DNA from: Bacillota bacterium
GTDB taxonomy: Bacteria > Bacillota > Clostridia > Clostridiales > Clostridiaceae
Assembly: GCA_023451395.1 (NCBI GenBank)
Contig: JAEXZL010000042.1
Coordinates: 1,238 to 65,237 of the forward strand
DNA: 64,000 bases
Reading direction: 5' to 3'
The notes beneath the pieces are model-generated. The model was not told the DNA's origin and did no database searches. It saw only the letters and a list, made by a program, of their open reading frames with translations. Below, one piece after another: positions 50,285 to 60,778 of the stretch (within the stretch, counting starts at the first letter, position 1; every line of letters starts with the position of its first letter). A program made the position numbers and the translations under genes.

Positions 50285-51166
50285 ATGGAAAGAAGCTATG
50301 AAAGTTCAAAGGTAATATTAGAAACGATGAAAAAACGTCATTCTTGCAGAGTTTTTCAGGATAAAGAAATTCCAAAGGAAATCCTTAAGGATATAATAGC
50401 AACAGGAATTAGAGCCGCCTCTGGAGGAAATCTACAACCTTATTCAATTATTACTATAAGTGACAAAGAAAGGAAAGAGGAGCTATCTAAAATTTGCGCA
50501 AACCAGCAGTTTATAAGAAATGCAGCAGTTAACCTTCTTTTTTTATTAGACTGGCATAAATATGATATATATACTAGAGAAAAGAGAGCTCCTTTTGCCT
50601 GCAACAGAACTTATATGCACTATATAATAGGTATTGAGGATGTTATGTGTGCTGCTCAGAGTATAGAGACCGCAGCATTTCTTTGCGGTATTGGTTCTTG
50701 TTATGTTGGGACAGTTGTAGATGCAGCAAGGGAAATTGGAGAATTTTTAAAACTCCCAAAGCTAACTTACCCTGTAGTAATGCTTTCCTTAGGATATCCA
50801 AAGCAGGAAGGAAGGTTACAGGAAAAACTATCTCAAGAAGTGATGGTATTTAATGAGGAGTATGGAGATTTATCAAATATGGATATTATAAATGCCTATG
50901 ATGAAAAGTATCAGGGAAAGCTAATGCCTCTTCCTCAAGAGGAGAAATTGAGAACCGAGGCTTTAGAAAACTTTAGAGAAGCCCTTTTAACTACTTATTC
51001 TATGGATGAAGCAGATGAAATTCTAGAAGAAGCTAATATCACAGGATTTATTAATGAAACCCAAAGACGTTTTGGACTTCACTACAATGCAAGCTTTATG
51101 ATTGAGGAAAGAAAGAAAAACATTGAAGATTTAAAGGAAATGGGTTTTCATCCCTTTGGAGATTAA
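50285..51166 (+). CDS. Nitroreductase family protein (NfsA-like)
   Basis: KRHSCRVF, AASGGNLQPYS, GIGSCYVG, LSLGYP; GGAGG RBS. Confidence 0.87.
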   Translation: MERSYESSKVILETMKKRHSCRVFQDKEIPKEILKDIIATGIRAASGGNLQPYSIITISDKERKEELSKICANQQFIRNAAVNLLFLLDWHKYDIYTREKRAPFACNRTYMHYIIGIEDVMCAAQSIETAAFLCGIGSCYVGTVVDAAREIGEFLKLPKLTYPVVMLSLGYPKQEGRLQEKLSQEVMVFNEEYGDLSNMDIINAYDEKYQGKLMPLPQEEKLRTEALENFREALLTTYSMDEADEILEEANITGFINETQRRFGLHYNASFMIEERKKNIEDLKEMGFHPFGD

Positions 51167-51230
51167 TAAATAAGTCATGATTTTCCTAATATTGTAAAAA
51201 TTAAAGAATTGGGGAAATTTTAATTAAAGG

Positions 51231-51259
51231 TTGACAGATGAAAATAAGTTATGTAAACT
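51231..51259 (+). promoter_or_regulatory. SigmaA promoter of the riboswitch leader
   Basis: TTGACA-17-TAAACT. Confidence 0.75.
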
Positions 51260-51296
51260 AAGGGTAACAATTTAATAAGGCCTCATCTTTACAGAT

Positions 51297-51474
51297 GAGG
51301 TAGAGGCGCGATATTTAACAGCTTTCAGAGTAACTGTGAGAAGAGTGTTGATACTGGAAGGAAGGAAATATCGCCGAAGCTTATAATATTTCTCAATATT
51401 ATTTGCTGGGTCTGCAGTTAAGAGCTGCAGGACTGTCTCAATAAGCTGCCCGGTTTATTGAGTTGAGCTATCTC
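51297..51474 (+). ncRNA. Lysine riboswitch (L-box) aptamer
   Basis: GAGGTAGAGGCGCG...GAAGG...CGCCGAA...CTGGG...GGACTGTC...GAGCTATCTC; P1 GAGGTAG/CTATCTC. Confidence 0.88.
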
Positions 51475-51515
51475 AGATGGGAAGGAAGGGGATTTACATT
51501 TATTATGTATATTAC

Positions 51516-51544
51516 AGAACCTGAGCTTGCCTTAGGTTCTTTTT
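51516..51544 (+). terminator. Riboswitch expression-platform terminator
   Basis: AGAACCTGAG-N5-CTTAGGTTCT plus T tract. Confidence 0.8.
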
Positions 51545-51638
51545 GTATTTTCTTCTGTCAAATCTATTAGAATAGTGTCGAAGCTCTAAAAGTTCCATTA
51601 GAGTGAGGGTAAAAAACAAAAGGAGAGGAAGATTTATT

Positions 51639-52460
51639 ATGAGAAAGAGATTAAGTTTATTATTAGCAGGAATTATCTCAACTGCATTATTGTTATCAGC
51701 ATGCGGGACAAGCACTGGAGGTGGTAATGAGACCTTTAAGGTAGGACTTGAAGCTGGTTATGCTCCCTTTAACTGGACACAGAAGGATGATTCTAACGGA
51801 GCAGTAAAAATAGAAGGAAGTTCAGAGTATGCTGGAGGCTACGATGTGGAGATAGCAAAAAAAATAGCTGAGGGTTTAGGCAAAGAATTGGTTATTGTTA
51901 AAACAGAGTGGGATGGACTTACTCCCGCTGTAGTATCTGGAACTATCGATGCCATAATAGCTGGAATGTCGCCAACTGCAGAAAGATTAGAGAGCATAGA
52001 TTTTTCTGATATATATTATAAATCAGATCTTGTAATGGTAGTTAAGAAGGGCGGAGCTTATGAAAATGCCTCTTCCTTAAAGGATTTTTCCGGTGCAAAG
52101 ATTACTGCACAGCTTAATACCTTCCATTACTCTGTAATTGATCAGATAGAGGGAGTTAAAAAAGAAACAGCTATGGATAACTTCCCTGCTATGAGAGTTG
52201 CTTTAGAATCAGGTATTATAGATGGATATGTATCAGAAAGACCGGAGGGTGTAAGTGCAGCCTCTGCTAACGAAAACTTTAAAATGATTGAGCTTTCTGA
52301 TGGCTTTGAAACTTCAGAAGAGGATACTGCAATTGCTGTAGGTCTTAAAAAGAATAGTGAACTAACTTCAAAGATTAATGAAATTTTAGCAGGTATTTCA
52401 CAAGAGGAGCGTCAAAGCCTAATGGATGCAGCTATTAAAAATCAGCCCGCTGCTAACTAA
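51639..52460 (+). CDS. Polar amino acid ABC transporter substrate-binding lipoprotein (probably lysine)
   Basis: Lipobox LSAC, YAPFNW, GYDVEIA, AGMSPTAER; downstream of the lysine riboswitch. Confidence 0.88.
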   Translation: MRKRLSLLLAGIISTALLLSACGTSTGGGNETFKVGLEAGYAPFNWTQKDDSNGAVKIEGSSEYAGGYDVEIAKKIAEGLGKELVIVKTEWDGLTPAVVSGTIDAIIAGMSPTAERLESIDFSDIYYKSDLVMVVKKGGAYENASSLKDFSGAKITAQLNTFHYSVIDQIEGVKKETAMDNFPAMRVALESGIIDGYVSERPEGVSAASANENFKMIELSDGFETSEEDTAIAVGLKKNSELTSKINEILAGISQEERQSLMDAAIKNQPAAN

Positions 52461-52515
52461 GGAAACATAAACCGGGTGCATTAGCAGCCGGTTTTATACT
52501 TTAAGGAGGAAAATA

Positions 52516-53295
52516 ATGAGTTTTCAAATAGTATTAGATATTATTAGAGATAATTGGCAGATGTTTTTAAGGGGTGCAGGAATGACACTCCTCATATCTA
52601 TGACAGGAACAATAATAGGATTTATTATTGGAATTGTAGTAGGTGTTGTAAGAACAATTCCTATCCCAGATAAAGGACCTAAAAGAGCAATTCTTAAAAC
52701 AATAAATGGTATTTTATCCGTCTATATTGAATTTTTTAGAGGAACGCCTATGATAGTACAAGCTATGGTTATCTTCTATGGTTCAGCTATGGCTTTTAAT
52801 CTATATATGAATAAAATCTTTGCTGGTATATTTATTGTTTCAATAAATACAGGAGCCTATATGGCTGAGATAGTCCGTGGTGGTATAGTTTCTGTAGACA
52901 AGGGCCAATATGAGGCTGCTCAAGCTATTGGTATGAATCATTTTCAAACCATGGTTAATGTGGTGATGCCTCAGGTTATAAGGAACATACTACCTGCAAC
53001 AGGTAATGAGTTTGTAATAAACATTAAGGATACTTCTGTGTTAAATGTTATTTCTGTTACAGAGCTATACTTCCAGACAAAATCTATAGCAGGTAATAAT
53101 TTTAGATATTTTGAGTCCTTTTTTGTAGCCTGTATTCTATATTTTGTAATGACCTTTACAGTTACAAGAATTTTGAGATTTATTGAAAAGAAACTTGATG
53201 GACCAGAAAACTATATAATGATGGGAAATCAGATGCAGGTTGAGACTCCAGAGGATATTTTAAGAAGAAAAAGTGCAGAGGATATAAGAGTTTAA
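52516..53295 (+). CDS. Amino acid ABC transporter permease
   Basis: [30 protein letters not shown]. Confidence 0.93.
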   Translation: MSFQIVLDIIRDNWQMFLRGAGMTLLISMTGTIIGFIIGIVVGVVRTIPIPDKGPKRAILKTINGILSVYIEFFRGTPMIVQAMVIFYGSAMAFNLYMNKIFAGIFIVSINTGAYMAEIVRGGIVSVDKGQYEAAQAIGMNHFQTMVNVVMPQVIRNILPATGNEFVINIKDTSVLNVISVTELYFQTKSIAGNNFRYFESFFVACILYFVMTFTVTRILRFIEKKLDGPENYIMMGNQMQVETPEDILRRKSAEDIRV

Positions 53296-53311
53296 AGGAG
53301 GGAGGATTACA

Positions 53312-54049
53312 ATGGAAAAAATTATAGAGGTTCAGCATTTAAGTAAATCCTTTGGAGATCATGAAGTATTAAAGGATATTGATTTCTCAGTAAAAAAGGG
53401 CGAGGTAGTTTGTATTATTGGTTCTTCCGGTTCGGGAAAATCAACCCTACTTAGATGCATAAATTTACTAGAAAAGCCTTCTGGTGGACAGATAATGTAT
53501 AAAGGAGAAAACATATTAGATGATAAACATGATATTTATGCCTATAGGACAAAACTAGGCATGGTATTTCAGCAGTTTAATCTCTTTAATAATCATAATG
53601 TGTTAAAAAACTGTGTAGTAGGACAAGTTAAGGTTTTAGGACGTTCTAAGGAAGAAGCAGAAAAGGTAGCTCTTAAATATCTTAAGGTAGTGGGAATGGA
53701 AAGGTATGTAAATGCTAAACCTAAGCAGCTCTCTGGAGGGCAGAAGCAGAGGGTGGCTATAGCTAGAGCTCTTTCTATGGAACCAGATGTATTGCTCTTT
53801 GATGAACCAACCTCGGCCCTAGATCCTGAGATGGTAGGTGAGGTATTAAAGGTTATGAAGGAACTGGCAGATGCAGGCCTTATCATGATGGTAGTAACTC
53901 ATGAAATGGGCTTTGCAAGAGAGGTAGCTCATAGAGTTGTGTTTATGGACAAGGGTGTAATTGCAGAAGAGGGAAGTCCAGAAAAAATCTTCAATAATCC
54001 TACTCAAGAAAGAACTAAGGAGTTTTTGAAAAGGACATTAAGTAAATAA
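53312..54049 (+). CDS. Amino acid ABC transporter ATPase (GlnQ-like)
   Basis: [34 protein letters not shown]. Confidence 0.94.
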   Translation: MEKIIEVQHLSKSFGDHEVLKDIDFSVKKGEVVCIIGSSGSGKSTLLRCINLLEKPSGGQIMYKGENILDDKHDIYAYRTKLGMVFQQFNLFNNHNVLKNCVVGQVKVLGRSKEEAEKVALKYLKVVGMERYVNAKPKQLSGGQKQRVAIARALSMEPDVLLFDEPTSALDPEMVGEVLKVMKELADAGLIMMVVTHEMGFAREVAHRVVFMDKGVIAEEGSPEKIFNNPTQERTKEFLKRTLSK

Positions 54050-54128
54050 ATGAATGCGAAGACATAAGTCTTCCTTCTTTATTTATTAAAATATCAGAAT
54101 ATTAAATTAATTAATAGGAGGAGTAATT

Positions 54129-54413
54129 ATGAAAGCAATCGTCTCAGTGATAGGAAAAGATAAACCTGGAATTATAGCCGGAGTATCAGGCGTTTTATAT
54201 AAGCTTCAGATTAATATTGAAGATATTACCCAAACCATAATGCAAAAGTATTTTACAATGATAATGACAGTAGAGTTAGAGGACTGTGATTTAGATTTTA
54301 AGGAGATTGCGGGAGAGCTAAGTGCTCTTGGAGCTTCTCTAGGAGTTGAGGTTCGGATTCAGCTCCAAAGTATCTTTGACAGTATGCATGCTGTTTCTTA
54401 TAAAGCTTATTAG
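54129..54413 (+). CDS. ACT domain protein (UPF0237-like)
   Basis: [28 protein letters not shown]. Confidence 0.88.
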   Translation: MKAIVSVIGKDKPGIIAGVSGVLYKLQINIEDITQTIMQKYFTMIMTVELEDCDLDFKEIAGELSALGASLGVEVRIQLQSIFDSMHAVSYKAY

Positions 54414-54424
54414 GAGGTGCACTG

Positions 54425-55774
54425 ATGTATACTAGCAAAGAAATAATTGAAACTATACAGATGGTGTCAGAACAGCATCTAGATGTGAGAACCATTACTC
54501 TAGGTATTTCTCTTTTTGATTGTATTTCTGACAGTAAAGAGGTTACTTGTAGAAAGGTATACGACAAGCTTATGAAAAAAGCTGGGAGGCTTGTAGATAT
54601 AGGTGAGGATATTTCAAAAGAGCTGGGAATACCAGTTATTAATAAAAGGGTATCTGTAACACCAATTAGTCTCATATCCTCAGCCAGTGGCTGCCATCTT
54701 GAGCTCATTAAGACTCTAGATAAAGCTTCTCACGAGCTGGGTATTGACTTTTTAGGAGGTTATTCAGCCTTAGTACATAAAGGTATGACCCCTTACGAAA
54801 GGGAATTTATTAAAAGTATTCCAGAAGCCTTAGCTACTACAAAGAGAATCTGTTCTTCAGTAAATGTAGCCACTACCAGAGCAGGTATAAACATGGATGC
54901 AGTAGCTCTTATGGGTAAGGTAGTGAAGGAAGCAGCAAAAATGTCAAAGGAGCAAGATAGTATTGCCTGTGCCAAGCTTGTAGTTTTTGCAAATGCTGTG
55001 GAGGATAATCCCTTTATGGCAGGTGCCTTTCTTGGGGTAGGAGAAGGAGACGCTGTTGTTAACGTAGGTATATCCGGTCCTGGAGTAGTTAAAAAGGCAT
55101 TAGAAAAGGTACAGGGAGATCTAACGGAGGTTGCTGAAGTAATAAAGCAAACAGCTTTTAAGATAACTAGAGTTGGCCAGTTGGTAGCAAAGGAAGCTAG
55201 TAGACGGCTTGATGCAAGCTTTGGGATAGTTGATTTATCCTTAGCTCCCACTCCAGTTATTGGAGATAGCGTAGCTTATATATTAGAGGAAATTGGTTTA
55301 GAGTCTGTTGGTGGTTACGGGACAACAGCAGCACTGGCATTATTAAATGATGCAGTAAAAAAAGGTGGAGTAATGGCAAGCAGTCATGTGGGAGGTCTAT
55401 CAGGAGCATTTATTCCTGTTTCAGAGGATGCTGGAATGATTGAGGCAGCAAAAAGAGGAGATTTATCCCTTGAGAAACTAGAAGCAATGACTGCCGTTTG
55501 TAGTGTGGGCTTAGATATGATAGCTATTCCTGGTGATATATCTTCTGATATTATTTCTGGGATAATTGCTGACGAAATTTCCATTGGAGTAGTGAATAAC
55601 AAAACCACAGCAGTAAGAGTTATTCCTGTTTATGGTAAGAGGGTGGGAGAATTCGCGGAATTTGGTGGGCTTTTAGGTAGAGCTCCCATAATGAATATAA
55701 ATACCTGTAGTCCCGCTAAATTTATAGCTAGAGGAGGACGTATACCTGCACCTATCCATGGAAATAAAAATTAA
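54425..55774 (+). CDS. DUF711 / UPF0210 (PFL-like) family protein
   Basis: [40 protein letters not shown]; typical pairing with the ACT gene. Confidence 0.88.
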   Translation: MYTSKEIIETIQMVSEQHLDVRTITLGISLFDCISDSKEVTCRKVYDKLMKKAGRLVDIGEDISKELGIPVINKRVSVTPISLISSASGCHLELIKTLDKASHELGIDFLGGYSALVHKGMTPYEREFIKSIPEALATTKRICSSVNVATTRAGINMDAVALMGKVVKEAAKMSKEQDSIACAKLVVFANAVEDNPFMAGAFLGVGEGDAVVNVGISGPGVVKKALEKVQGDLTEVAEVIKQTAFKITRVGQLVAKEASRRLDASFGIVDLSLAPTPVIGDSVAYILEEIGLESVGGYGTTAALALLNDAVKKGGVMASSHVGGLSGAFIPVSEDAGMIEAAKRGDLSLEKLEAMTAVCSVGLDMIAIPGDISSDIISGIIADEISIGVVNNKTTAVRVIPVYGKRVGEFAEFGGLLGRAPIMNINTCSPAKFIARGGRIPAPIHGNKN

Positions 55775-55873
55775 TAAGTTATATTTTTGATACAAAAAGA
55801 AGTAGGAAATGGTAAATTCCATTTCCTGGGAAATTATTTTGTTTAATATGTATACTAATTTGATAAAATATAC

Positions 55874-55930
55874 TTTACAAAAGTTATTAACTATATTAAA
55901 ATAATAACTGGTTGATAATGATTATCATTT
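55874..55930 (+). promoter_or_regulatory. SigmaA promoter followed by a Fur box
   Basis: TTTACA-17-TAAAAT; perfect 7-1-7 TGATAAT-G-ATTATCA at 55913-55927. Confidence 0.75.
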
Positions 55931-55979
55931 AATCGTAAAATTAACTTTTAAGAATATGATTTATAAAGGAGGTAATTAC

Positions 55980-56576
55980 ATGAGTAGAGTATTGTATTTA
56001 AAAGCAAATGTTAAGCCAGAGGGGACCTCAAGAACTTTTATGGTTTCTGATGCTTTCATAGAAGAGTATAAAAAAAATAATCCTCAAGATGAGGTAATAA
56101 TAATTGATTTATATAAAGATATGATAGATTTTCTTAGAATTGAGGATTTAGATAGTATTTTTGGACCTAAGGACGAAGACAGCATAAATAATCCAAAGCT
56201 AATGAATGCATATGAATTTGCTGATGCAGATAAATACGTCATTGCAGCCCCAATGTGGAATTTAGGTATCCCTGCAATTTTAAAGGCATATCTAGATAGG
56301 GTTTCAGTAACAGGTATTACTTTCAAATATACTGCAGAGGGACCAGTAGGTTTGCTTCAAGGTAAGAAGGCAGTACATATAGTAAGCCGAGGAGGAGGAT
56401 ATAAGGATGCTCCTTATGAAATGGGTGATAGATATATAAGGACTATTCTTGGATTTTTTGGAATTAAGGATATTGAAACCATAGCGGTGGAAAATCTTGA
56501 TGTTATAGGGATGGATGTTGATGCTTTGATAGGAGAAGGCATTGACAAAGCAAAAGAACTAGCGAAAAACTTCTAA
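55980..56576 (+). CDS. azoR: FMN-dependent NADH-azoreductase (AzoR/AcpD)
   Basis: APMWNLGIPAILKAYLD, FKYTAEGPVGL, SRGG.Y; AGGAGG RBS. Confidence 0.9.
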   Translation: MSRVLYLKANVKPEGTSRTFMVSDAFIEEYKKNNPQDEVIIIDLYKDMIDFLRIEDLDSIFGPKDEDSINNPKLMNAYEFADADKYVIAAPMWNLGIPAILKAYLDRVSVTGITFKYTAEGPVGLLQGKKAVHIVSRGGGYKDAPYEMGDRYIRTILGFFGIKDIETIAVENLDVIGMDVDALIGEGIDKAKELAKNF

Positions 56577-56587
56577 AGGTAAATTTT

Positions 56588-56622
56588 AAAAATCGGTGGA
56601 TATAAAATCCATCGATTTTTAT
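56588..56622 (+). terminator. Intrinsic terminator
   Basis: AAAATCGGTGGA/TCCATCGATTTT. Confidence 0.7.
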
Positions 56623-56727
56623 ATTTTTAGAGTATAAAAGAATAAAGCTCTTGAGTTTTGAGAATTTATATGGGAAAAGAGAAGAAACTATTATTTGAGT
56701 GAGGGCTGATAAATTTATAAGAAGTAG

Positions 56728-57393
56728 GTGGAGAGGTTGAAGGAGAAAGTAGTAAGCTTTATTGAAATGAATAAGATAATTGCAATCTGTAGAGGGATAT
56801 ATGGAGAAGATTTATTGAAGTTAGTTTCTGCCTTAAAAAAGGGCGGAGTGAAGCTTGTTGAGGTAACCTTTGACCAGGGTGACGAAAGCTCTTTAGATAA
56901 AACCTCAAAAGCTATAAAGGAATTAGTACATAATTTCGGAGAAAAGGTCATAATTGGTGCAGGAACTGTTATTACCTTAGAGCAGGTCTATGTTGCAAGA
57001 GAGGCTGGTGCAAAATATATTATATCTCCTAATGTAAATAAGGAGATTATAAAGGCTTCTAATAAACTTAATCTAGTTACAATACCTGGAGCAATGACAC
57101 CTACTGAGATAATTAAAGCCCATTTAGCTGGAGCTGATTTTGTTAAGCTTTTCCCCGCAGGAACCTTAGGGATAAGGTATGCTAAAGATATTCTTGGCCC
57201 AATTAACAATGTGAGATTTATTGCCACTGCAGGAATTACTTCTGAAAATTTAGGAGAATTTCTAAGCCTTGGATTTGCTGGTGTTGGTATTAGTAATTAT
57301 CTAACCAATAAGGAGCTTGTTAAGAAGGGCGATTTTGAAACCTTAACAAAGCATGGAGAGATACTCATGAATATTGTAGAGAAGCATAAATAG
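56728..57393 (+). CDS. eda: KDPG/KHG aldolase family protein
   Basis: IAICRG, VEVT, GAGTV, ISP, PGAMTPTE, VKLFPA. Confidence 0.85.
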   Translation: MERLKEKVVSFIEMNKIIAICRGIYGEDLLKLVSALKKGGVKLVEVTFDQGDESSLDKTSKAIKELVHNFGEKVIIGAGTVITLEQVYVAREAGAKYIISPNVNKEIIKASNKLNLVTIPGAMTPTEIIKAHLAGADFVKLFPAGTLGIRYAKDILGPINNVRFIATAGITSENLGEFLSLGFAGVGISNYLTNKELVKKGDFETLTKHGEILMNIVEKHK

Positions 57394-57427
57394 CAACAAC
57401 TAAATAGAGCTTTATATTACTTAAGAA

Positions 57428-57470
57428 AATAAGGATAGCTACTCCTAAAAAAGGGTTAGCTATCCTTATT
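57428..57470 (+). terminator. Intrinsic terminator
   Basis: AATAAGGATAGCTA...TAGCTATCCTTATT. Confidence 0.7.
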
Positions 57471-57626
57471 CTTACTTAAAATAGTCTAATCTTTGATGAT
57501 CCTAGTTGACTTGTTATTATCTTTTGAAAATTAAGTAATATTAATATATAATTGAGATAGATAAAAAATTATCAAGGAATTGATTTGGTTATAGGGTAAA
57601 GCTTATTGGGAAAGTGGGTTGGTTTT

Positions 57627-59300
57627 GTGACGAATTGTTTACAACTAAAAAAATCTAACTGTAAAAACTGCTATAAATGCATAAGAAACTGTCCTGTAAA
57701 ATCTATAAAGTTCTCAGATAATCAGGCGCATATTGTAAAAGAGGAATGCATCCTCTGTGGTCGGTGCTTCGTTGCTTGTCCGCAAAATGCTAAAGAAATC
57801 AGAAATGATGTGGATAAGGTTAAGACACTAATTTCCTCAGGAAAAACAGTTATTGCTAGTGTAGCCCCTTCCTTTGTGGCAAACTACTCGGGTATATCAA
57901 TGGAAGGTATGAAAAAGGCATTAAAAAAGCTTGGCTTTTCTAGAGCGGAGGAAACAGCAATAGGTGCTACAATTGTGAAAAAACGATATGAACAGTTAAT
58001 TGAAAAGGGAGAAGACAATATAATCATCTCTTCTTGTTGTCACAGTGTAAATATGCTTATAGAAAAATACTATCCTGAGTTTATTCCATATCTTGCAAAG
58101 GTTCTGTCTCCAATGCAGGCTCATGGAGTTAAGATTAGGGAGGATAATCCAGAAGCATCAGTGGTTTTTATAGGACCCTGTATTTCTAAAAAGGATGAAG
58201 CAGAAAAATCCAAAGGTATAATTGACTATGTTTTAACCTTTGAGGAGTTAGAAGGATGGCTTCGAGAAGAAAAGATTGAAATAGAAATAGAAGATGTAAT
58301 ATCAGAAGAAGGAAGAGCAAGGAGCTTTCCTACAAGTGGGGGTATTATTGCTTCAATGGATTTAAATGAGAATTTCAATTATGTCTCTATTGATGGTATG
58401 GATAACTGTATTAATGCAATGGAGGATATTAGTAAGGGGAAAATAAATAATTGCTTTATTGAGATGTCTGCTTGTACTGGAAGTTGCATTGGTGGACCAG
58501 TAATGAATAGAGAATTTCACAATCCCGTAAGTGATTTTATAGCTGTTAAAAAATACGCAGGGAAAAAGGACTTTAATGTTGTCCTTGAGAATGAAGCTCT
58601 TCTAGAAAAATCCTTTAACTTTGATAGAGTTTCAAAGGCTATGCCTGGTAGTAAGGCTATAGAGGAAATACTAAGAAAGATGGGTAAGGTAAGCAAGGAG
58701 AAGGAATTAAACTGTGGAAGCTGTGGATATAATACATGCAGAGATAAGGCGGTTGCTGTCTTTATGGGGAAAGCTGATCTTACCATGTGTCTGCCGTATC
58801 TAAAGGAGAAGGCTGAGTCCTTTTCAGATATTATTATTAATAATACTCCGAACGGAATAATTGTAATGAATGAGGATTTAGAGATTCAGCAAATTAATCC
58901 TCAGGCTCTAAAAATATTAGGAATAAGGAATAAGAAGGATATTATCCATGGGCCAATTATTAGAATATTGGATCCTACAGATTATGTGCTGATTCAAACG
59001 GAAGATAAAGCGGTTTATGAAAAGCTTAAGTACTTGGCAGAATACAAAAAATACGTGGAAGAAACAGTGGTTTACGATAAAGAATACCATTTAATAATGA
59101 GCATTATTAAGGATGTTACAGAGGAACAAGAAATAAGACAGTTAAAGGAGAACCAAAACAAACAGACCATAGAGATTACCGATAAGGTTATCGAAAAACA
59201 GATGAGGGTTGTACAGGAAATTGCTTCACTTTTAGGAGAAACTACCGCAGAAACTAAGATAGCTTTAACAAAATTAAAGGAGACTTTATCAAATGAATGA
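57627..59300 (+). CDS. Putative sensory [FeFe]-hydrogenase with PAS domain (group C, HydS/HfsB-like)
   Basis: Two 4Fe-4S motifs, H-cluster-like SSCCHS, GPCISKKDE, EMSACTGSCIGG, CGSCGYNTC Fe-S, PAS, LGETTAETK tail; start is GTG 57627 or TTG 57606. Confidence 0.85.
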   Translation: MTNCLQLKKSNCKNCYKCIRNCPVKSIKFSDNQAHIVKEECILCGRCFVACPQNAKEIRNDVDKVKTLISSGKTVIASVAPSFVANYSGISMEGMKKALKKLGFSRAEETAIGATIVKKRYEQLIEKGEDNIIISSCCHSVNMLIEKYYPEFIPYLAKVLSPMQAHGVKIREDNPEASVVFIGPCISKKDEAEKSKGIIDYVLTFEELEGWLREEKIEIEIEDVISEEGRARSFPTSGGIIASMDLNENFNYVSIDGMDNCINAMEDISKGKINNCFIEMSACTGSCIGGPVMNREFHNPVSDFIAVKKYAGKKDFNVVLENEALLEKSFNFDRVSKAMPGSKAIEEILRKMGKVSKEKELNCGSCGYNTCRDKAVAVFMGKADLTMCLPYLKEKAESFSDIIINNTPNGIIVMNEDLEIQQINPQALKILGIRNKKDIIHGPIIRILDPTDYVLIQTEDKAVYEKLKYLAEYKKYVEETVVYDKEYHLIMSIIKDVTEEQEIRQLKENQNKQTIEITDKVIEKQMRVVQEIASLLGETTAETKIALTKLKETLSNE

Positions 59301-60465
59301 TCTCTTTGTGGATATGGGGTATATCAGTATAAATAAATATGGCGAGCAGCTTTGCGGTGATAGTGTACAAACTGTAAGAACTAATGATGATACAACCATC
59401 ATGGTTATTGCAGACGGATTAGGAAGTGGGGTTAAAGCAAATATACTATCAACGCTCACCTCAAAGATAATTTCAACAATGATGGCAGAAGGAATGACTC
59501 TTGAGGAATGCGTTAAAACTATTGCGGAAACATTACCTCTCTGTAAAGAAAGAGGACTAGCCTATTCAACCTTTACTATAATCCGTACCTTAAACAATAA
59601 TGAGGCAGAGATTATACAATATGATAACCCTATGGTCATATTGCTCCGAGATGGGAAAAATTTCGAATATCCTTTAAATAGCAGAATAATTGATGGTAAA
59701 AAAATATATGAAACAAAAATATCCTTGAAAGTTAATGATGTATTTATAGCAGTAAGCGATGGAGCTCTCTATGCAGGTGTAGGCGAAGCTTTAAATTTAA
59801 GCTGGCAACGGGAGGACATAATTAAATTTATCGAAGCAAATTATGATTCCCCATTAAGTGCTAAGGTTATGGCATCAATTCTTTCACAGGAATGTGCAAG
59901 ATTATATGATAATAAGCACAGTGATGATACTACGATATCTGTGGTTAAGATAAGAAAGAGACAACAGGTAAACCTGTTAATTGGTCCACCAGCGGAGACT
60001 AAGGATGAGAGTAAGATGCTATCCTTATTTTTTGCTAAAGATGGCAAGCACATTGTATGCGGAGGAACTACATCTTCTCTAGTGGCGAATTTTTTAGGGA
60101 AAAAGGTAATACCCTCAAAGGAGGAAGATATAATTGGTGTTCCCCCAATATCCTATATTGAAGGGGTTGACCTTGTCACCGAGGGTGTTTTAACCATTAG
60201 TAAGGTATTAGAATATGCTGAAGAGTATCTAGACTTTAATAATAATCAGGATGAATGGAGCTATAGAAAGGATGGGGCTTCACAAATAGCCCGTTTATTA
60301 TTTGAGGAAGCTACAGATATCACCTTTTATGTAGGACGTGCTGTAAACCCTGCTCATGAAAATCCAAATCTTCCTTTTAGCTTTAGCATTAAAATGAGAA
60401 TTGTAGATGAATTAGTAAAATGCCTTAAAGCTATGGGTAAAAATATTAAGGTAAGCTATTTTTAA
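59293..60465 (+). CDS. SpoIIE/PP2C family Ser/Thr phosphatase (HfsC-like)
   Basis: LCGD, ADGLGSGVKA, SDG, DDTT; overlaps the hydrogenase stop. Confidence 0.85.
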   Translation: MNDLFVDMGYISINKYGEQLCGDSVQTVRTNDDTTIMVIADGLGSGVKANILSTLTSKIISTMMAEGMTLEECVKTIAETLPLCKERGLAYSTFTIIRTLNNNEAEIIQYDNPMVILLRDGKNFEYPLNSRIIDGKKIYETKISLKVNDVFIAVSDGALYAGVGEALNLSWQREDIIKFIEANYDSPLSAKVMASILSQECARLYDNKHSDDTTISVVKIRKRQQVNLLIGPPAETKDESKMLSLFFAKDGKHIVCGGTTSSLVANFLGKKVIPSKEEDIIGVPPISYIEGVDLVTEGVLTISKVLEYAEEYLDFNNNQDEWSYRKDGASQIARLLFEEATDITFYVGRAVNPAHENPNLPFSFSIKMRIVDELVKCLKAMGKNIKVSYF

Positions 60466-60778
60466 TTGATTTAAACTTTAAAACTTATAACATCATAAAA
60501 AGAGTCTGAGGAAATTAATGGTATATATGCCTCCTTGGACGAAGAAACCAAGAAAAAATAATTTTGAATAATAAAAATTAATACTACATAAATTAATTTT
60601 TTATAAGAATAAAGAAGAATAAAGAAAAATAATGTAAAATAGTGACTTTGTAGGGACTTTATTATAATATTTTTACTCATAGAGTTATTTAAATGATTAT
60701 TGAATAATTTGTGAAGATATGTTAATCTGAATATAGTTAAATCACTTCAATATTAACTAATTTAAGGGAGGAAATGTC

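Noticed and set aside
60466..60778. Purine riboswitch before the nucleoside ABC operon, and the 69 aa minus-strand ORF
   Set aside because: No purine aptamer core or leader terminator is visible; the ORF is low-complexity AT-rich sequence
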